Source: Haliotis cracherodii
Taxonomy: Eukaryota
Reading direction: 5' to 3'
Length of the DNA stretch: 64,000 bases
NCBI RefSeq assembly: GCF_022045235.1
Contig: NW_027266275.1
Coordinates: 63,488,001 to 63,552,000 of the forward strand
Shown here piece after piece: positions 60,701 to 64,000 of this stretch (within the stretch, counting starts at the first letter, position 1; the number at the start of each line of letters is the position of its first letter). The notes below the pieces were generated by a model that was not told where the DNA came from, did no database searches, and saw only the letters and a program-made list of their open reading frames with translations. Made by a program: the position numbers and the translations under genes.

Positions 60701-62744
60701 AGCAGGCATATCTGCTTTTGGAGTTGGAAAACGGTGTTGCCGCAATATCTCAAGAACTAAACACTGGATTGTCTTCATATTTGGAACTATGGTGTATATA
60801 CAGACTCCGCAGACACCAGTTGGTTTTAGTGACCTTGACCCCATTTTCAAGGTCACAGCAGGCATATCTGCTTTTGGAGTTGGAAAACGGTGTTGCCGCA
60901 ATATCTCAAGAACTAATCTCTGGAATGTCTTCATATTTGGAACTATGGTGTATATACAGACTCCGCAGACACCAGTCGGTTTTGGTGACCTTGACCCCAT
61001 TTTCAAGGTCACAGCAGGCATATCTGCTTTTGGAGTTGGAAAACGGTGTTGCCGCAATATCTCAAGAACTAATCTCTGGAATGTCTTCATATTTGTAACT
61101 ATGGTGTATATACAGACTCCGCAGACACCAGTCAGTTTTGGTGACCTTGACCCCATTTTCAAGGTCACAGCAGGCAAATCTGCTTTTGGAGTTGGAAAAC
61201 AGTGTTGCCGCGATATCTCAAGAACTAATCTCTGGATTGTCTTCATATTTGGTACTATGGTGTATATACAGACTCTGCAGACACCAGTCGGTTTTCGTGA
61301 CCTTAAATTAATTTTCAAGGTAACATTAACTTAATTTTCAAGGTAACAGACTCCGCAGACACCAGTTGGTTTTGGTGACCTTGACCCCATTTTCAAGGTC
61401 ACAGCAGGCAAATCTGCTTTTGGAGTTGGAAAACGGTGTTGTCGCAATATTGGTGACCTTGACCCCATTTTCAAGGTCACAGCAGGCAAATCTGTTTTTG
61501 GAGTTGGAAAACGGTGTTGCCACAATATCTCAAGAACTAATCGCTGGATTGTCTTCATATTTGGTACTATGGTGTACAGGCGGGGGATATTTCGTCACTC
61601 TGTGACAAATACTTGTTCTAACTGTATGATGAATAATAATATGTATTTGTAGGCCAAGGAAATTGCTACTAGACTTTGCAATTAATACCATGAAGCCACT
61701 TGTTGTTTTCAATGCTATGGTTTCATACTTCTTAGTATCCCTCGATCACTAACATTCGCTGGACATGCAAGACTGCCTTAGACAGTCTGCAATGTGATAC
61801 TGTAAGCAGGGCTGTCTGATTGTTGGTTGTAGACGACCTTGGACAGTCTTGTCGAGACGAGGAACTCAGCCCGGGAGGAGACTGTCACCATTCTGCGAGT
61901 GTGTGTAGAGGAGCTGGAGTCACTTCCCTTGACCGACAGGGGCAAGGCTGTTCAGGTGAGATGCTTATACTGGTCTTTCAGGAGTTTTATTTGTCGGAAA
62001 GATTGTGTGTTGAAATTGATGAGTCCATGCATGTGAAGACACTTTTGTGGTTTCCAATTCCTTTTTTTTTTTTCGCTTAGAACATTTTTCATTCAGGATG
62101 TTCAAAACACTTTGTTTGCAATGTGAATTGTTCTAATTTATAGACAGTCAATAGAGACTTCTGAAGGTAAAATGAAAATAAAAGAGGGGGGTCACCAAAA
62201 GAGTTCAAAGTAAGTGCCTCCTGTAGGCCTGTTGCAGGTAGAGCTCCTGTTGGGTCCGTAGTTTCAAATATGTATGGGTTCTTCTGGCCTTCAGTAAATT
62301 TGTGTGTCTATCTGTTTGTCACAATAAGCTGCAGTTCTTTTAATGAGGGCCTGACAAGTTAGTTGTAATTTCTTTTATTTCAAACACTGGTCGCCAAATG
62401 TTATCACAACTATTTATCGTGGAAATTGACAGTGTTTCTCTTTTCAGTTTAATGTGTATGTTTAATAAGCGGCAAAGTGTGATACAGTCCTAACGCAATT
62501 CTTCTCCTCTTCTCCTAACGAGTCCCTTAATAATGTTAATGAGTTAGAATTGTTGAAAGTCTATCCCATGGAATATCAATTTTGTTTCCTAATATTACCA
62601 TGGATACCCTATTATTTTATTTTGTGTGCCATCTTGTAGGAATCTCTAGCCAAGATAAGACAGTGCTACGACAGTTACTTCAAGTTTGTGGTCCATTCCT
62701 GTCCTTCCCTGGAAACATTCCTACCAACTTTCGTAGAGTGGAAG
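45689..62744 (+). CDS. STK31: STK31/TDRD8-like protein (RRM + extended Tudor + coiled coil), 5' part, ~586 codons in 14 exons; kinase domain expected beyond window
   Basis: Exons 45689-45763, 49318-49403, 50203-50313, 51287-51363, 52118-52155, 54343-54498, 55190-55263, 56815-56964, 57741-58072, 58587-58743, 58943-59049, 59965-60130, 61833-61955, 62640-62744; GT-AG, phase-compatible except a 1-nt deficit in exon 7. RNP2 VFVGNL, RNP1 KLAYVKF; Tudor FSEDQQWYRCRV and VLYVDYGNTEEL resemble STK31. Small exons may be missed. Confidence 0.75.
46446..46945. mobile_element. pogo-type MITE (cagtcaagtctcgttaatccgac)
   Basis: Imperfect TIRs, repeated subterminal ctcgttaatccgac. Confidence 0.6.
47870..48153 (+). 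mobile_element. SINE family C (tRNA-Leu-like head, V-domain-like core, (CACT)n tail)
   Basis: gtggcccagtcgtctaaggcgc...ggttcgaat head; TSD ctcaagcctgagggg. Confidence 0.88.
48486..48760 (+). mobile_element. SINE C, diverged
   Basis: family match. Confidence 0.75.
49318..49403 (+). CDS. STK31: STK31-like exon 2 (RRM)
   Basis: KKVSKYFTKYGEVQAVIVRDSNTDGKKL. Confidence 0.85.
49718..50013 (+). mobile_element. SINE B, 5'-truncated
   Basis: family match. Confidence 0.85.
50203..50313 (+). CDS. STK31: STK31-like exon 3 (RRM)
   Basis: YVKFLCLEDAEKAVAECQNIDINGNKVIVRKAEPRK. Confidence 0.85.
51287..51363 (+). CDS. STK31: STK31-like exon 4 (linker)
   Basis: phase-compatible, PGSDRFNKDDAGTKSKGPYGQKSDQ. 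Confidence 0.65.
51910..52080 (+). mobile_element. SINE A
   Basis: TSD ctattatcct. Confidence 0.9.
52118..52155 (+). CDS. STK31: STK31-like exon 5 (short linker)
   Basis: 38-nt exon that restores phase 0; ctttcag acceptor, GTGGGT donor. Confidence 0.5.
52288..52450 (+). mobile_element. SINE A
   Basis: family match. Confidence 0.9.
52660..53025 (+). mobile_element. Family D element with tandem duplicated 3' half
   Basis: family match. Confidence 0.85.
53580..54325. repeat. 34-bp minisatellite (~22 copies) just before STK31-like exon 6
   Basis: unit ggtgaccacgtagagtccagatattgtaggttta. Confidence 0.97.
54343..54498 (+). CDS. STK31: STK31-like exon 6 (extended Tudor N-part)
   Basis: ETVMVTHAESANSLWVQIVTEDNMNNLLSMTEQLQTLC. 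Confidence 0.85.
54962..55120 (+). mobile_element. SINE A
   Basis: TSD cccatgtctataag. Confidence 0.9.
55190..55263 (+). CDS. STK31: STK31-like exon 7 (Tudor core; apparent frameshift)
   Basis: IYG/AQFSEDQQWYRCRVKQSFGTDR; 74 nt between phase-0 junctions. Confidence 0.8.
55293..55632 (+). mobile_element. Degenerate HINE-like element
   Basis: ttattatcccc start, cgtccgtc remnant, accaaacttggca core, gagggatat...cttgtt end. Confidence 0.45.
55887..56415 (+). mobile_element. SINE B with nested SINE C (56067-56328)
   Basis: Nested copy flanked by ctca(g/a)tgggctagca duplication. Confidence 0.85.
56815..56964 (+). CDS. STK31: STK31-like exon 8 (Tudor)
   Basis: VKVLYVDYGNTEELNPTSLVEMP. Confidence 0.9.
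57143..57310 (+). mobile_element. SINE A
   Basis: TSD ttatttggtcgcc. Confidence 0.9.
57465..57632 (+). mobile_element. SINE A
   Basis: TSD tctagtgttattt. Confidence 0.9.
57741..58072 (+). CDS. STK31: STK31-like exon 9
   Basis: AINYLKQTTDGK...CLNDKMVEEGYA (end of extended Tudor), then Gly-rich linker. Confidence 0.88.
58391..58552. other. Assembly gap (N run) within an intron
   Basis: 162 N. Confidence 1.
58587..58743 (+). CDS. STK31: STK31-like exon 10 (coiled coil)
   Basis: ELNAKIQELQKVKYEKEKINGELANLRSRMK. Confidence 0.8.
58943..59049 (+). CDS. STK31: STK31-like exon 11
   Basis: VLQNEFASVSSKMMETSVNNQFRSVLELAGKVKKL. Confidence 0.8.
59965..60130 (+). CDS. STK31: STK31-like exon 12
   Basis: CQFPGLQKTPIDDGLDLV...YRAAQKDICILKDM. 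Confidence 0.8.
60339..61617 (+). mobile_element. Non-autonomous Helentron-type (HINE/DINE-1-like) element with a 159-bp internal tandem array
   Basis: T-rich insertion site, 5' subTIR atcccccgc with partner gcgggggat, (ccgt)n microsatellite, ~7 core repeats, 3' subTIR and hairpin gtcactctgtgac. Confidence 0.85.
61833..61955 (+). CDS. STK31: STK31-like exon 13
   Basis: TTLDSLVETRNSAREETVTILRVCVEELESLPLTDRGKAVQ. Confidence 0.8.
62640..62744 (+). CDS. STK31: STK31-like exon 14
   Basis: ESLAKIRQCYDSYFKFVVHSCPSLETFLPTFVEWK, donor GTAAGA. Confidence 0.75.
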
Positions 62745-62928
62745 GTAAGAAAAGTGGATGTTGTCTTCACCTTGTTCCGTGCATTTTTTCATCTAATAGT
62801 TTGCCATAATGTATCATAATGTATCATAATGCTTCACCAACAATGTTGTTGTAATTATTATGATTCGATACCTCTCTCCATAGAGCTGAGATACTCTCCA
62901 TAGTCGCTGGTTGTCTCCATCTTCTCGA

Positions 62929-63196
62929 GACCCGTGAAGATTCCGGGGTAGAATAGGTCTTCAGCAACCCATACTTGCCGTAAAAGGTGACTATGCTTGT
63001 CGTAAAAGGCAACTAAAGGGATCGGGTGGTCAGACTCGCTGACTTGGTTGATGCATGTCATCGATCCCAATTGCATGGATCGATGCTCATGATGTTAATC
63101 ACTGGTTTGTCTGGTCCAGACTCGATTATTTACAGACTGCCGTCATATAGCTGGAATATTGCTGAGTGCGGCGTTAAACAACAAACAAACCAAAAC
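62929..63196 (+). mobile_element. Family D element
   Basis: full length, double-hairpin subtype. Confidence 0.88.
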
Positions 63197-63738
63197 CATC
63201 TTCTTGAGGCAAGAGAGTTAACTGACTTTAAAAGTCCAATTTCGACCCTTGCCGGACTAGGTTGGAATTACTGGGCTCGACCGTACACCACCAGTGGCTG
63301 TACGAGTTATGTCCCTGCTATGCCTCTCGTATGGACCAATCAGATTCCCCCTCTTGTACCACTTGCATTTGCTTCAAACAAAATTGCGGCGCCCAGTCAA
63401 GACGATCTGATCGATAATCAATATCTGTATTGTGATAAAACGAGTCTTCCATCGCGAAGTGCATGAAATCACGTGCGCACCTCGATTAAAAACCTGGAAA
63501 GATTTGGAAAATGTCTGTTGACAACGAGTTGGCAGTGCACATGCTTTGTTAACACTGCAATCGACCGAAATCTGCATGACAGTTTACGAACCGGATTTCG
63601 ATTTCGTTGCGTGACTATGATTGGCTATGCATAGATTCGTTAGTCCAGCCTAAATGTAACTTCATAATACCAGCCTATTTCAACAAGGGTGGAAACTGGA
63701 CTTTTATAGTCAGTTAACTCACTTGCCTCGGGAAGATG
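63197..63738. mobile_element. hAT-type MITE, same family, opposite orientation
   Basis: Both TIRs; internal sequence is the reverse complement of 28607-29132. Confidence 0.85.
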
Positions 63739-64000
63739 GGTAGTCTCAGATGAAAACTAGAGCAGACTTTGACCACCCAATCTGTGTAATAGTGTAAATT
63801 TTCATTTAATTATCTTTTTTTTAAAGAAATTGAACTATTTTGATGTACAAAGTTTTAATTATTTTGAGACTATATCCAGTTTAAGTTCTTGTACTTGTAG
63901 CGTATAGGTTGTTTGCCGACACACCCAGACCTTGTCTTCGCACTCTCAAGTCTTCACTGTGGTTCTCGATCACACTTTCCAGGAGAGTCTATGCTTTCCA

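Noticed and set aside
60327-61334. 335-, 311- and 213-aa overlapping ORFs
   Set aside because: By-products of a 159-bp (multiple of 3) satellite inside a HINE element, open on both strands.
63901-64000. Possible further STK31-like exon after cttgtag
   Set aside because: Open but with no recognisable similarity or donor inside the window; cannot be supported.

Overview
Repeat-rich animal genomic DNA, most likely a gastropod mollusc (abalone-like; inferred from SINE families and gene content, not proven). Left ~44 kb: a minus-strand tandem array of four spliced ependymin-related protein (EPDR) paralogs with identical intron phases. Three are complete 6-exon genes (228, 231, 233 aa), one has only exons 1-3 in the window, and an orphan exon relic suggests a fifth copy. 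Right ~18 kb: head-to-head with the array, the 5' 14 exons of an RRM + extended-Tudor + coiled-coil gene resembling STK31/TDRD8, with an apparent 1-nt frameshift in the Tudor domain; the gene appears to continue past the right edge. The rest is mobile DNA: four SINE-like families (three tRNA-headed, one with a tRNA-less, strongly structured head), RTE and CR1/L2 LINE relics, Naiad-type Penelope-like 3' fragments, a decayed Tc1, hAT-, pogo- and Harbinger-type MITEs, Helentron-type elements, long DNA hairpins, minisatellites, local duplications and one assembly gap. No prokaryotic system or CRISPR array is present. All exon models and RNA folds were derived by eye.
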